Shown: positions 10,071 to 20,781, counted from the stretch's first letter. The stretch: 64,000 bases of DNA from Anaerohalosphaeraceae bacterium (GCA_050309605.1 JBNRMN010000020.1:1-64000); one strand, 5' to 3'. The notes: generated from the letters alone by a model not told the origin. Program-made: numbers and translations.

Positions 10071-13000
10071 TTAGATGACGGATACTTCATTGTTCGCATG
10101 GCCTTGCGGAGCGCACGCTTTTGAGTCCGATTTTGATTGAGCTTCAATGGTTCGCTGTTTGATTCCACGTCCGGAACGCAGATGTTTATTCCAGAGAAAA
10201 CAGCCGTTGTGCCGTATATCCTCATCAATGAGAAGATAGTTGAGTTTGTGCTGTTCGGCGATATATTCAAAACTTAACTGATCGCGGCGACTGAAACGGT
10301 TGACCTGCTGCCACCAGTCTTCCATCGCGCGAATCAGCAACGGATTGTGGTGGCATCGAAACAGGATGCCGCATGCCGGGGCAGCGCGGCCGGAAAAGCC
10401 TTCCGAGACGTAATGACCCACCTGTCTAACCATCGTGTCGGGGTCGTCTTTGCCGAGCCGAATGCAGGCCTTGACCTCATCAAACACCGAACACCGATTT
10501 TCCGGATGCCGAAACAGGGCAAGGTAATGATCGGTCAGGAGCTGCCGAGCCAATCGACCGACATCGCCGCGAATCGCCAGGTTACTGTCCACCCAGACGC
10601 TGATTTCATAGTCGGGAAACAGCAGATGCGGCAGCAGCTTGGGCAGCTTGGCCGTTCGCGCCGGATCATCCATCAGCACCGGAAACGGACGCATCTTCCA
10701 GACATCCGAGGTCAAGTTCGGATTATCGGTAAAACAGACATAATCACAGTGCTCACTGATCACGTGCGGCCGATGGAGTCCATCGTAATTATCGGATATG
10801 GCCGTATAAACCATCACCCTGCCGCGGCTTGTGTCTCGACAAGAAAGGAAATCAGGAGCCGTTTTGTGATTTTGATGATTCTGACAGATCGTCGGCAAAA
10901 TGACCTTGTGAGCTGTATTAACCGATTCATCCGGAATTCCTGTCCGCCTCGACACCGCATCCCGGAGCGCGTCAGCAACATCCCGCGGCGTTATCGACCT
11001 TCGGCGACAGTGACGCCAAACCGACAGACACCGCCAAACAGCATCATCCCTGCCCGATCGTGCGCCCTGACGATGCAGGATGTCCGCAGGTGGCGATTCC
11101 TCCGCGGCGTATTGCCTGACGATGGCGTCGTATTGATCCGACAGCAGACGATTGTTCGAATCCAGGCCGCCGATCAGCAACAGCCCCGTCGGTGATGCAT
11201 CAAGAGGCAAAAGAAACAAATCCGGCCGATACCGCTTGAGAATTTCAAACAACTTCCACACATCTCCGGTCCAGGTGCGTGTTCGCCTTCGCCGCTCGGC
11301 CTGATCCGGATGGTTAGGAAAAATATCATCGATCACCGCCAGCGTCCATGGCGCTGAATACTTTTCAACGTGTATCAAATCACGCAGGGCATATTCAAAT
11401 AAATGCATTCCGTCGATGAATGCCAGATCCGGCGCCTGTTTCAACACCGAGGGAGCCTGATCTTTGAAGAAGGCATCGCTGGTCATCGTCATCAATGTCG
11501 TGTTTGTCGACAGCGGAACTCGCACATCGGGCATCGGGTCGATACCCACGGCGGCACATTGAGCCAGCGCCAGGCTCCGGCCGTGCTGGACACCGATTTC
11601 CAGATACAATTCCGGTTTCACAGACCGATGTAGCAGTGCCAGCAGGTGATGTTTATCCGCAGAGCCGCTTTGCCGCTCTTGTTGATCGCTGCCTTGAGGG
11701 AAAGCGGTCTGTTTGCGATAGGCCTCGTTCAAGCGATGATAGACTTCGGAAGGTGTATGCTCCCCGTGAATGGCGATGACGTCCTGATACAGCCGAATGG
11801 CCTCGGCCCAGTCGCCCTGCTCTATCGAGGCGTCGGCCTGGGCCAGGATTCGGTCGCCATTCTTGTCGGTGTTCGAAGACACCGTGTCCCTCGGTCCGGG
11901 CACCGAACAGGGCATCTTGTACGTATCGGATTCCGATGACACCGTCGTGCCGAGGACACGTTTTTCTGTCAGCGGGGGCTTTTCCGACAAGGCGAGGCTG
12001 CGCAGCGACTGCTCAAACGCATCCATAAATGCGGCATTGACATCGATAGACGTCCTGCCGCCGTATTGCCTGCCGGCCTCATATCCGGCAAGGGCGACTT
12101 GATAATCCGGATCCGCGGCGGCCTTTTTTCGCCACAGGTCAATCACATCCAAAACCATTTCGTTGTTTTTGACGGCATGGATAAAGCCCTTGCGGTAGAT
12201 GTCCCGATAAAACTGTTCAAAATCATGAAGGCCGGTAAGAGCATCGGTTCTGACCAGACGAAAATCATTGCGATTCATCGTCCGGATAACAAAATTTTCC
12301 GGGCGAATCGCCTGGTACGGGTCGGGCACAAAGGACACGGCCTGTCTGAGCCATTTTGTACGGTACAGATGAATGCCGCCTTCTCGCGGACTTTGCAGGA
12401 ACTTATCAATGATCATACCGATGACACAAAAGACTTTCTCGTCCAGCGTCTCGGCATAGGCAACCATCTTATCAACAATTCGCGGCATAACCAATACATC
12501 CGCGTCCACAACAAACAGCCATTGGCGGTTGTCCTGCAATCCAATGTGAAAGGTTTTTCGCAAAGCCTGTGAAAAGGGAGTTTCATGAATGATATGGATA
12601 TTATTTTCAGGAATTTGACATCGCAACCGGTCATAACACAGTCCTTCGGTCCGCTCGCCTACGGAACGAATGACTACCGTCACTTTATCGGCTAAATTGT
12701 CAACGGACGCAAGCTGTCCTTCATCGATGCTGTATCGCGTAATTGCTGCTTTCGGGGCCGGTTTGGGACAAATGACAGAGGTTTTTGGATTCCTGTCAGC
12801 GGCCGCCGGCTGCGGTGAATCGGCTGCATCGGCAGCGCCGTACGCCTGGCGGATCAGCTCATCGACGGCTTCGGATGACATCTGATAGGTTCTCGGAAAA
12901 AGCATCTCGCCATCCTGCCAGTTGTATTCAACCAGCCCGTCCCGCATGATTTGCTCATACATCTCTGAGATCGGTATCCCCACGAAACGACCTACCGTTC

Positions 13001-14126
13001 CGTCCATACAGGAATAGGGCAACCGAGCCGCCTGTTGCGCAAATCGGATCGTGTTGAGTATCTCCTGTCTGCTTTCATTGGGCGTGGCAACAATAAATCC
13101 GCCGGTATAATACATACCGACTTTTTCAAACAGTTCTATCGTATCGACCACTTGCCGGGCTGTCTGCCGTTTGCGCATATACTGAAGGGTTGAATCGTTA
13201 ATCGACTCAAAACCCCAACTGATCAGACGGCACCCGGCGTCTTTCATCATTTTTACGACGGATTCGTCCAGACTGTTGATTCGGGATTGACATGTCCATT
13301 CCAGATCGAGCTGCGCCAGTTTCTCACACAGCGCCGTCAGCCTGTCCCGATTGACAGTCAGATTGTCCTCACGAAAGTGAATGGATCGTGTGCCGTAAGT
13401 CTGTTTCATGTGCTTGATTTCTTCGATGACCTGATCTGCGCTGCGTGCTATATAGCGGCGTCCCCAAATATACTGCGAAGAACAGAAGCGGCAATCGAAC
13501 GGACAGCCTCGTGAAGCGACAACTACATCGGTCGGAAAGGCAAGCTTGATGAAGTCTCGGCGATAATGGTTTAGATTGATCTTGTGTCGAGCCGGCCGGG
13601 GAATCGTATTCAGGTCTTGTATGGCCGCCGGCGCCGCCAGCGTCTTGAATGATGTTGCACACAAGCCGGCGACGCCTTCCAGAACCTGGCCGCGCTCCAG
13701 ACGCTCCAAAAAGTCTTTTAACGACGCTTCCGCCATACCCCGAAATACATAATCAAAATACCGGATATGCTTTTCGGGACGAACCGTGGCATTGGGACCG
13801 CCATAGATTGTGATGATCTGCGGCTGCATCGATTTAAGCATTGCCGCTACGGTCGAAGCCTGCGGCCATTCGAGCATGGTGCCGCCAAACCCCACCACCT
13901 GAGGGGCGTGCTCTAAAATACATTCGACGAGTTTATGATCTGACAGTTTATGTGTCGAATTATCAATGTAAATCACCTCATGATCGGACTCAATGGCACT
14001 GCACAAGTAGAGCATGCCCAGCGAAGGAAGCCGCGGCTTGCCCTTGCGTTTGCTCGGAGGCGGATACCACCAGCCGTTCAATTCATCCAGCTTGGTTTGA
14101 TCAGGCAATACCAGTACGACTTTCAT
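10071..14126 (-). CDS. Multidomain protein: B12-binding radical SAM + GT-A-like domain + TPR + class I SAM methyltransferase + DUF616-like glycosyltransferase
   Basis: PSLGMLYL..GGPNAT..RGMAE (B12 domain); SRGCPFDCRFC; VVDADV; YLEIGV..FIDGMHLFE..WTGDVWK; VYTAISDNYD..CFTDN..KLLPH..WVDSN..RDQLSF. Confidence 0.85.
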   Translation of the reverse strand: MKVVLVLPDQTKLDELNGWWYPPPSKRKGKPRLPSLGMLYLCSAIESDHEVIYIDNSTHKLSDHKLVECILEHAPQVVGFGGTMLEWPQASTVAAMLKSMQPQIITIYGGPNATVRPEKHIRYFDYVFRGMAEASLKDFLERLERGQVLEGVAGLCATSFKTLAAPAAIQDLNTIPRPARHKINLNHYRRDFIKLAFPTDVVVASRGCPFDCRFCSSQYIWGRRYIARSADQVIEEIKHMKQTYGTRSIHFREDNLTVNRDRLTALCEKLAQLDLEWTCQSRINSLDESVVKMMKDAGCRLISWGFESINDSTLQYMRKRQTARQVVDTIELFEKVGMYYTGGFIVATPNESRQEILNTIRFAQQAARLPYSCMDGTVGRFVGIPISEMYEQIMRDGLVEYNWQDGEMLFPRTYQMSSEAVDELIRQAYGAADAADSPQPAAADRNPKTSVICPKPAPKAAITRYSIDEGQLASVDNLADKVTVVIRSVGERTEGLCYDRLRCQIPENNIHIIHETPFSQALRKTFHIGLQDNRQWLFVVDADVLVMPRIVDKMVAYAETLDEKVFCVIGMIIDKFLQSPREGGIHLYRTKWLRQAVSFVPDPYQAIRPENFVIRTMNRNDFRLVRTDALTGLHDFEQFYRDIYRKGFIHAVKNNEMVLDVIDLWRKKAAADPDYQVALAGYEAGRQYGGRTSIDVNAAFMDAFEQSLRSLALSEKPPLTEKRVLGTTVSSESDTYKMPCSVPGPRDTVSSNTDKNGDRILAQADASIEQGDWAEAIRLYQDVIAIHGEHTPSEVYHRLNEAYRKQTAFPQGSDQQERQSGSADKHHLLALLHRSVKPELYLEIGVQHGRSLALAQCAAVGIDPMPDVRVPLSTNTTLMTMTSDAFFKDQAPSVLKQAPDLAFIDGMHLFEYALRDLIHVEKYSAPWTLAVIDDIFPNHPDQAERRRRTRTWTGDVWKLFEILKRYRPDLFLLPLDASPTGLLLIGGLDSNNRLLSDQYDAIVRQYAAEESPPADILHRQGARSGRDDAVWRCLSVWRHCRRRSITPRDVADALRDAVSRRTGIPDESVNTAHKVILPTICQNHQNHKTAPDFLSCRDTSRGRVMVYTAISDNYDGLHRPHVISEHCDYVCFTDNPNLTSDVWKMRPFPVLMDDPARTAKLPKLLPHLLFPDYEISVWVDSNLAIRGDVGRLARQLLTDHYLALFRHPENRCSVFDEVKACIRLGKDDPDTMVRQVGHYVSEGFSGRAAPACGILFRCHHNPLLIRAMEDWWQQVNRFSRRDQLSFEYIAEQHKLNYLLIDEDIRHNGCFLWNKHLRSGRGIKQRTIEAQSKSDSKACAPQGHANNEVSVI

Positions 14127-14180
14127 TGGGTCCTCGACACGCTGATGTTGGGCGATACGACTTGATACGTTACCATTGTC

Positions 14181-14792
14181 TTATTCAACGTCATTTTTCA
14201 ATGTGCAAATCATAAGTTGACACTCCTGATCAACATTTGGCACGTTGATGTGTTTCAGTATCTTGAAATGATACGACATATCGTTATAAAATTCCTGAAC
14301 CGTCCACTCCCGCACATGGTAAATGCTTTGGGGAGGCCCCGCCTGTTTATGATGACAGTGTTTTACCAAATAGTCCCGATCCGGCGTCGAAAAAACGACA
14401 AACCGGGGATTCATTTGTCCAATGGCTTCAATCACCTCATCCGGATCGATGACATGTTCGATCACATCGGCGCAAATCACCAGGTCCGCATTCATGATTT
14501 CGGACGTCTGATCCGGAGTCAGCCAATGATATTGAGGATAGCGGTCTCTCAATTGGGAAACAGTCGGTTCAAGATCGACTCCGATAATCTGAAAATCCGG
14601 AAAAAATTCCAAGAGCTTTTGAGCACCGCCGCAGCCAAAGTCAACAACTGTACGAAGATTCTGCTTGACTGCAATATATCGAGCTATCTCATAAACCTTT
14701 CGCTGATAACCGCTCGACCGGCTGCACATATCCTTAAATGCGGTCTGACTTCTGCTGATATAATCCGGTCTGATGCAGTAATTTTTCATCAT
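14181..14792 (-). CDS. Class I SAM-dependent methyltransferase
   Basis: VVDFGCGG, GVD, DLVICADVIEH, FSTPDR, HVREWT. Confidence 0.85.
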   Translation of the reverse strand: MMKNYCIRPDYISRSQTAFKDMCSRSSGYQRKVYEIARYIAVKQNLRTVVDFGCGGAQKLLEFFPDFQIIGVDLEPTVSQLRDRYPQYHWLTPDQTSEIMNADLVICADVIEHVIDPDEVIEAIGQMNPRFVVFSTPDRDYLVKHCHHKQAGPPQSIYHVREWTVQEFYNDMSYHFKILKHINVPNVDQECQLMICTLKNDVE

Positions 14793-14843
14793 GCTGACAC
14801 CCAGAGACTTCGTCCACAGAGGATTGATGATTGATACCTTACT

Positions 14844-15164
14844 TTACTTTTCGACATACCGTTCGAAGGCCTTGATGCCGTTGCGAATTTGAGCCAGCTT
14901 ATCAGAGACTTCCTGCCGCTCGGAGGCGATCACCAGCATCAGCTCGCGATAAAGCGACTGAATACGGGATTTGAGTTCGGTGTTTTCCGGCTTGTCCAGA
15001 AAACCGCTGCGGGTCAATTCGGCGGCAATCGATTCGGCCTGTTCGGCACAGGCCATCGCCGCATCCAGATCGTAACGGCGGAGCCGATCAATCTGGCGGT
15101 TCAGCAAGTCTTCAAGACAGGCGGCGTTCATCGCCGGTCCTCGGTCGGTCGTGGTGTGTGTCAT
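14844..15164 (-). CDS. Small helical hypothetical protein (possibly a FlgN/FliT-like chaperone)
   Basis: 106 aa, all-helical pattern; ATGA overlap with the upstream TPR gene and GGAG RBS. Confidence 0.6.
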   Translation of the reverse strand: MTHTTTDRGPAMNAACLEDLLNRQIDRLRRYDLDAAMACAEQAESIAAELTRSGFLDKPENTELKSRIQSLYRELMLVIASERQEVSDKLAQIRNGIKAFERYVEK

Positions 15165-15787
15165 TTTGAAACTCCTGCAGTTTGCGCCTGCATATGCTCG
15201 ACCTCTTCGAGCAAATTGCAGGCGTCGTTATAATGGGGTTCAAGAACCAGAATATCCTCCAGCAGTCGTCGGGCCTGCTGCGGCTTATGTTCCTTGACAT
15301 ACAGCGTCGCCAGACAAAACATCACCGCCGTATCGCCGGGGTGCATATCCAGATAAACGTTCAGGTAATCGATCACCCGTGCAAACGATCCCATCTGACA
15401 GGACACCTGAAACAGCCCCAGCAGCGCCGTCAGGTTGTCGCTGTTTAGATCGAGACTTTTCAGATAGAAATCAAACGCTTCGGGCAGATTGTTGTTTTCC
15501 TGTCGAATCATCGCCAGCCCGGCCCAGGCACGGCTGCATCGTCGATTGAGCCGCAGCGCCACGCGAAACGCCAGTTCGGCGTCGTTAAGCCGCCCTTCCT
15601 GCAGGGCAATGACTCCGGTACCGACATACGGGCCGTCTTCGTCCGGCTCAAGCGCGGCGGCTTTTTCATAACACCGGCGAGCCTGCTCAAACTTGCCCAA
15701 TTGGGTATAACAATCGCCCATCTCGCGCATCAGTTCGTAATGCTGCGTCCAGCCGTGATCCGGCGTTTGTGTTTCTACGACATCCAT
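15161..15787 (-). CDS. Tetratricopeptide repeat protein
   Basis: About five TPR units (GDCYTQLGKFEQARRCYEKAAALEP etc.); overlaps both neighbours. Confidence 0.85.
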   Translation of the reverse strand: MDVVETQTPDHGWTQHYELMREMGDCYTQLGKFEQARRCYEKAAALEPDEDGPYVGTGVIALQEGRLNDAELAFRVALRLNRRCSRAWAGLAMIRQENNNLPEAFDFYLKSLDLNSDNLTALLGLFQVSCQMGSFARVIDYLNVYLDMHPGDTAVMFCLATLYVKEHKPQQARRLLEDILVLEPHYNDACNLLEEVEHMQAQTAGVSK

Positions 15788-17436
15788 ACAAGTCTCTCCT
15801 GTTGGCGGGGCGCGGTTTCACTATCCGGCGCCGTCTCTTCAGCGGCCGCATTCACACGGCCTTGGGGGTACGGGACAGTTCCGTCAAGAATCGCCTCGGC
15901 GCGATGGTACAGCGCAGCCGCGGCGGAAAAATCGTTCAGTTTGCGTCGAGATCGCGCCGCAATCATCAAGCGGGCGACGGTCGGAGCCGTTTGGCACAAG
16001 TGCTCGGCCAGCAATGCGGCCGCTTCCCAGCGCGACTGCCGATACAGGGCATTGGCTTTGAGCGTCTGCATCCAGAGCGTATTGCCGCCGTGTTCAGCGG
16101 CATACTCATAGAGCCGGATCGCGCTGTTCCAGTCGCCGCTGCACTCATATTGACGGGCAACGCCGAGGGCCAGATCAAATTGGAACGGATACGCCTGGAG
16201 CTGTGGTTTTTGCACCTCGATTCCTGCGGCCTGCAGCGCCTGCTGAATCGACAGATGCGGGTGCAAACGCCGTGCCGAGCGAAGCACCGACGTCGGCAGC
16301 ACAGCCCCCCAGCATTCCGGCGTCGCTTCCACCAGTTCATAAGCGATCTCTTGCCGATGAGAAGTCAGCAACGGATTCAGCGACCGTTCCAAAAACGCCG
16401 ACTCGCCGGATGGAATTGAAATCCCGCACGGCACAATGGCCGTATAATCGCCCTGACACACTTCCAGCGCCGCATCAACACGCTGCTGCGGCGTTGCGTT
16501 CGGCTCCACCGGCACGACAACCCGATTCGGCACCGATGACGAAAAACCGCTTTGCTCCGTCGGGGTCAACGGCACATAAAATTGGGATGGATAAAACGAA
16601 TGCGACCAGACATCCCGAACGGTTCGGGATATCGCCGCGGCGTCCGATCCAAGCACAATTATTGACAAATCATGCATGCACGGCCAGGGCTTGGGCGGAC
16701 GTGTGCTGCGAATCGCCATCAGATTCCAAAGATACTCATTGACATTTTTGCGACGCTGCACCGAGATTCGGTCGCACTGGCCGACCGGAGCGTAAAACTC
16801 GCCGGTGACGATCGGCACATGCAGAAAATCGGTATAAAAGCACAATCGCCGCGTCAAATCCCAGTCAATCAGGACATTGAGTTTCTCATTATACCCCCCC
16901 GCCTGATCAAGCAGATCGCGCCGATGCAGCAGACTGACATGGAGCACATGGTTGAATTGCAGCATCAGCATACGGTCAAAATCGCGGCTGACTTCTACAT
17001 TTTTGGCCAGTACGATCCGCCGGCCGTCCGACATCACCCGACAATGCGTCTTATATAAATCGCTATAGACCGCCTGACAGCGATCCTGCCGAAGCAGTGC
17101 ATTCATCAGCGTTTCAATATGAAACGGATAAAACACGTCGTCGTCGTCAAGGTAGCAGATATATTCACCGCGTGCGTGCTGAATCGCTTCGTTGAGCGAA
17201 TAGGGCTTGCCGTGATTTTTGTCGCGGTCGATCAGCTTCAGTCGCGGATCATCGGCAAACTCGGCAATCGCCTCGCGCACGGGCAACCCGCCGTCGCGGA
17301 CGAGAATGACCTCGAAAGGGCGCCACGTTTGCTGAAAAACCCCGGCCAGCGCCCCAACCAGATACTGCGGACGATTATACGTACTGATCAGCACGCTGAC
17401 AAGCGGCCCCTGTTGTTTCGTTTCCGACATCTTCAT
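15775..17436 (-). CDS. GT2 glycosyltransferase with C-terminal TPR-like helices
   Basis: PLVSVLISTYNRP, VRDGG, YLDDDD, GGYNEKL..DWDL; C-terminal TPR-like segment; ATGA coupling. Confidence 0.88.
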   Translation of the reverse strand: MKMSETKQQGPLVSVLISTYNRPQYLVGALAGVFQQTWRPFEVILVRDGGLPVREAIAEFADDPRLKLIDRDKNHGKPYSLNEAIQHARGEYICYLDDDDVFYPFHIETLMNALLRQDRCQAVYSDLYKTHCRVMSDGRRIVLAKNVEVSRDFDRMLMLQFNHVLHVSLLHRRDLLDQAGGYNEKLNVLIDWDLTRRLCFYTDFLHVPIVTGEFYAPVGQCDRISVQRRKNVNEYLWNLMAIRSTRPPKPWPCMHDLSIIVLGSDAAAISRTVRDVWSHSFYPSQFYVPLTPTEQSGFSSSVPNRVVVPVEPNATPQQRVDAALEVCQGDYTAIVPCGISIPSGESAFLERSLNPLLTSHRQEIAYELVEATPECWGAVLPTSVLRSARRLHPHLSIQQALQAAGIEVQKPQLQAYPFQFDLALGVARQYECSGDWNSAIRLYEYAAEHGGNTLWMQTLKANALYRQSRWEAAALLAEHLCQTAPTVARLMIAARSRRKLNDFSAAAALYHRAEAILDGTVPYPQGRVNAAAEETAPDSETAPRQQERLVWMS

Positions 17437-19175
17437 AAATGACTGGTCTGTGCTTTTCGCCGTCGCTGCATATTATGGCGTCGTATCTCCGTCAATTCTT
17501 CGACCGAAAGGCCTCCCTGGCCGCCGCAGAGGAAAGGATCATCCTGTACGACGGGCATCTCCGAAGCATCCGCTTCAAAAAACGCCGTTTCCTCATTCGG
17601 CTGTAAATCGAGACAAGTCCTTTGCAGCCGCCCGGTCGCTGCCAGCGCCGACGAGGCAATTTGTTCAATTGACGAATGATTCATCGATTGCGTTTGGCCC
17701 ACGGGCGGAATTCGTGATTCCTGCGCCGGTTCCGTCGTCAGCGATTGTGTCTTCATCCGGTGCCGCCCGACAATATCCAGCTCCTGTTCCCACTGGAAAA
17801 TGTGATCCATCAGAACCTGTTCCAGCCCTCTTTCCTGACAAACCTGTTCAACATATGCACGATGAGCGGCCGCATCATACGGACCGTTTAAGACCTGGTC
17901 ACAAAAATCTTCCGCCAGGGTAAACACATAAGCGCTGTCCAGCCGCTGCTCAACGCCGGGGAAACGATGCACCACGGGGCGCAGTCCAAACGCCATGGCC
18001 TGCCAGAGGTCTTCCATTCCCGCCCCGTCAATCGAGGTTGAAAGCACATAGTGTTTGTCTCTGAGCCACTTTTTCATATCGCCAATCGGCCCGTCCAGAA
18101 AGACGACATTATCCAGTTCCAGTGTTTCGATCAAATGCCGAACATAATGCTCCGCGGCGGCATCGGCAAATTGCCCCCCCAGATGCAGTCGGGTATCGGG
18201 GTCCAGATAGTGCAGTTTTTGAAAACACATCAGGGCAAACATCGGGTTTCGCCGCGCGTCCCACGGCCCGAATGCGGCAATACGTTTGCCCTTTTTGCGG
18301 GGTTGAAAGGTCGCCTGTTCGGGATGGATGACCGGCTCGGCCGTCAGCACGGACAACCCCGCAGGCGGTTGTCCGATATGCTCGAAAAATTCCTGCACCA
18401 GTGGCTGTCCGCCGCATAAAATAACGGCTTGGACATTCCGCCACGTGACCGCGCGAAGCTCAGAGCCGGCCAAATCCTGCACATCCAAAACGGCAACCAT
18501 CCGTATTGGGGATGCCTGCTTTGAGACGTCAACCAGCCTCCGTCCGCATCCAAAAAAGACTGCGATATCCGTTTCAGCAGGAAGCTGAGCCGATTCCAAT
18601 CCATTGGACTGCTCAACCGCCGCCAGCGGCAGTCGCTGCCTCAATCCGTCAGCCAACCGGCGGGTCAGGGTAGTTTCACGATGAATCACAAACGCCGTAT
18701 TTGCACGATGGCTTCGAATCACCTCAATCATTGACTTGAGAACATCCTGATCAGGGTTCATCTGGAGCGACCGCAGCAGCAGTTCCACCGCCGGTCCGAG
18801 AAGCTCTTTTTTCAGCAGCATATCTGCGGCACGATGAAGCATATCCACATTGAGCAGACCGCGGGACTCCATCTGATCAAACAGGCCGATGGCCTGGGCG
18901 ACGCGTCCTTCCTGAAGATACGCCTCGCATAAATTCCATTGCACTTGAGCCAGTTGTTCGCTCGTACACCATCGGCAGGCCTCTTCGTACAGGGCGATGG
19001 CCTGTTGACCCTGCCCCAAACAAAACAAGACGGTTGCGGCGTCGTTGAGCGCTTGACCGTCCTGCGGCCGATGGCGCAGATAATCATTTAACACCTTCAA
19101 TGCCTCTTCGTACCGGCCTGATTCGGCCAGTGTCAGCGCCTGGTCATGCATGGCCGTAAGCTGCTGTGGATTCAT
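17433..19175 (-). CDS. TPR + degenerate GT4 (GT-B) protein
   Basis: N-terminal TPRs; C-terminal paralog of 19306..20781 lacking the EX7E glutamates; GGGAG RBS. Confidence 0.8.
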   Translation of the reverse strand: MNPQQLTAMHDQALTLAESGRYEEALKVLNDYLRHRPQDGQALNDAATVLFCLGQGQQAIALYEEACRWCTSEQLAQVQWNLCEAYLQEGRVAQAIGLFDQMESRGLLNVDMLHRAADMLLKKELLGPAVELLLRSLQMNPDQDVLKSMIEVIRSHRANTAFVIHRETTLTRRLADGLRQRLPLAAVEQSNGLESAQLPAETDIAVFFGCGRRLVDVSKQASPIRMVAVLDVQDLAGSELRAVTWRNVQAVILCGGQPLVQEFFEHIGQPPAGLSVLTAEPVIHPEQATFQPRKKGKRIAAFGPWDARRNPMFALMCFQKLHYLDPDTRLHLGGQFADAAAEHYVRHLIETLELDNVVFLDGPIGDMKKWLRDKHYVLSTSIDGAGMEDLWQAMAFGLRPVVHRFPGVEQRLDSAYVFTLAEDFCDQVLNGPYDAAAHRAYVEQVCQERGLEQVLMDHIFQWEQELDIVGRHRMKTQSLTTEPAQESRIPPVGQTQSMNHSSIEQIASSALAATGRLQRTCLDLQPNEETAFFEADASEMPVVQDDPFLCGGQGGLSVEELTEIRRHNMQRRRKAQTSHL

Positions 19176-19218
19176 ATTGGTACTCCCGATTCACAAAAAC
19201 ACGTTTACAAGCGTCGTG

Positions 19219-19234
19219 TGCAAACGGCGTGCCT
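19219..19234 (-). promoter_or_regulatory. sigma54 (-24/-12) promoter for the TPR/GT island
   Basis: AGGCACGCCGTTTGCA with exact GG-N10-GC spacing, about 44 nt before ATG 19175. Confidence 0.75.
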
Positions 19235-19305
19235 ATATCGCCAACGGCTGTTTTTGGGCTGTATGCGTGCCCTCAGGGCGATTTTCGAAGCCGTTTGTCA
19301 AGTTT

Positions 19306-20781
19306 TCAGACAGTCAGTGCCGCCAGCCCTGAACATTTCGCCGTGTGCTGTGCAGATGTCCCCGCCCTGGGATTTTTCTCAAACATCGCAAACAATTCGT
19401 TGATTCGCAACAATTGCGCCGACAGTGGATACCGCCGCTCCACAAAAGCTCGATAGGACTGCGAATCATAGTGCGGCTCACAAATTCGCCGGCAAAACTC
19501 CTCCGGCGTGGTAAACAAATAGTCCGGGCCAAACAGCTCTTCGGCGCCGGGAAAATTGAATATGACCGGCTTGACCCCCGCGGCCATCGCCTCCAGTATC
19601 CCCATGGGGCATCCTTCGATGACGCTGGTGGAGACGAGATACTGTTTATCGGCCAGCCAGCGCGGAATATCATCCTGAAATCCGTCATAGACAATCACAT
19701 CCTCCAAGCCCATCGCCAAGCGCGTATGTTCATAAACGTGCTGCATCAGCAATTCCTTCACCTGCCCGGCGATAAAAAGGCGATAGCGCGAATCTCTCTG
19801 TTTCAACGCCGCCATACACTGAAACAGCAGCATCGGATTTTTTACCATACGCAGTGCACCAATGAACGCGATATTTCTGCCGGGACGGCGAGGGGTATAG
19901 GGATGGGTCTCCGGATTGACGCCGTTGGGAATGCACACTATCGGCACACGGCTGCGAATATCTTTGACCCAATGCTCTGCCGCCTTAAGAACCCATTCAT
20001 TGCCGACTGTGACCAGCACATCGACATGATCCCAGTTGATCTGAGCCGGCCAGGGGTCATAGGCCTCGTAGCGGTGCAGTCGAATGATCGTGCGGCAGAC
20101 TTTCGGCAGCGATGTGCCGATTTGAGCGAGATTGGTACACCACTCAAACCACGAAATATCGCTCCATTGCATCAGCTCCATCAGTTGTTTTTCAGATCCG
20201 CCCTCAAAGATCCGCACTTCGTATCGCCGGCGGGTAAATTCAATGATATCGTTAAGGAAGTTCGCGCCGTCGCCGCCAATAAAAAAAGCGATCTTGGCAC
20301 GTTTGGCCCGAAAGGCGGCAATCTGCGCATCCAGTGTGCACGCCTCAGGCAGTGCACGGCGTCCTCGGTGTAGCACGTCCATAGCCGAGGCCGGTTCGTC
20401 CGCAGCAATAAAACCGTCGGCAATGTGCTGAACAAGGCCCTCATCCAGCAGCCCTTCCGAGCAGAGTGTGTCAAACCAGCGCATCGCCTGCCACGGCTGA
20501 CCCGCCGCAACATACGCTTTTGCCAGATTGCGATAGACCTGCACAGGGCACGTATCCGTTTCGATGGCACGACGAAAATATTGAATCGCTTCGTCAAATC
20601 GTCCCTCTGCATAGAGCACTGCGCCGGCATCGTTCCATGCCGCGCCGTGATGAGGACGTTCATTCAAATAGGCGTCCAAATGCTCCAGTGCGGCAGCCGT
20701 CCGGCTTGTCCGCGCTTCGTTCAGCGCCTGCTGATACAAATCATCGGCATTCATCATTCGTTCTGTTCCATTCTCACACAT
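19306..20781 (-). CDS. TPR + GT4 (GT-B) glycosyltransferase
   Basis: N-terminal TPRs; IPNGV, FIGAL..KNP, STSVIEGCPMGILEAMAAG (EX7E intact). Start uncertain (TTG 20814, ATG 20781 or ATG 20757). Confidence 0.85.
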   Translation of the reverse strand: MCENGTERMMNADDLYQQALNEARTSRTAAALEHLDAYLNERPHHGAAWNDAGAVLYAEGRFDEAIQYFRRAIETDTCPVQVYRNLAKAYVAAGQPWQAMRWFDTLCSEGLLDEGLVQHIADGFIAADEPASAMDVLHRGRRALPEACTLDAQIAAFRAKRAKIAFFIGGDGANFLNDIIEFTRRRYEVRIFEGGSEKQLMELMQWSDISWFEWCTNLAQIGTSLPKVCRTIIRLHRYEAYDPWPAQINWDHVDVLVTVGNEWVLKAAEHWVKDIRSRVPIVCIPNGVNPETHPYTPRRPGRNIAFIGALRMVKNPMLLFQCMAALKQRDSRYRLFIAGQVKELLMQHVYEHTRLAMGLEDVIVYDGFQDDIPRWLADKQYLVSTSVIEGCPMGILEAMAAGVKPVIFNFPGAEELFGPDYLFTTPEEFCRRICEPHYDSQSYRAFVERRYPLSAQLLRINELFAMFEKNPRAGTSAQHTAKCSGLAALTV

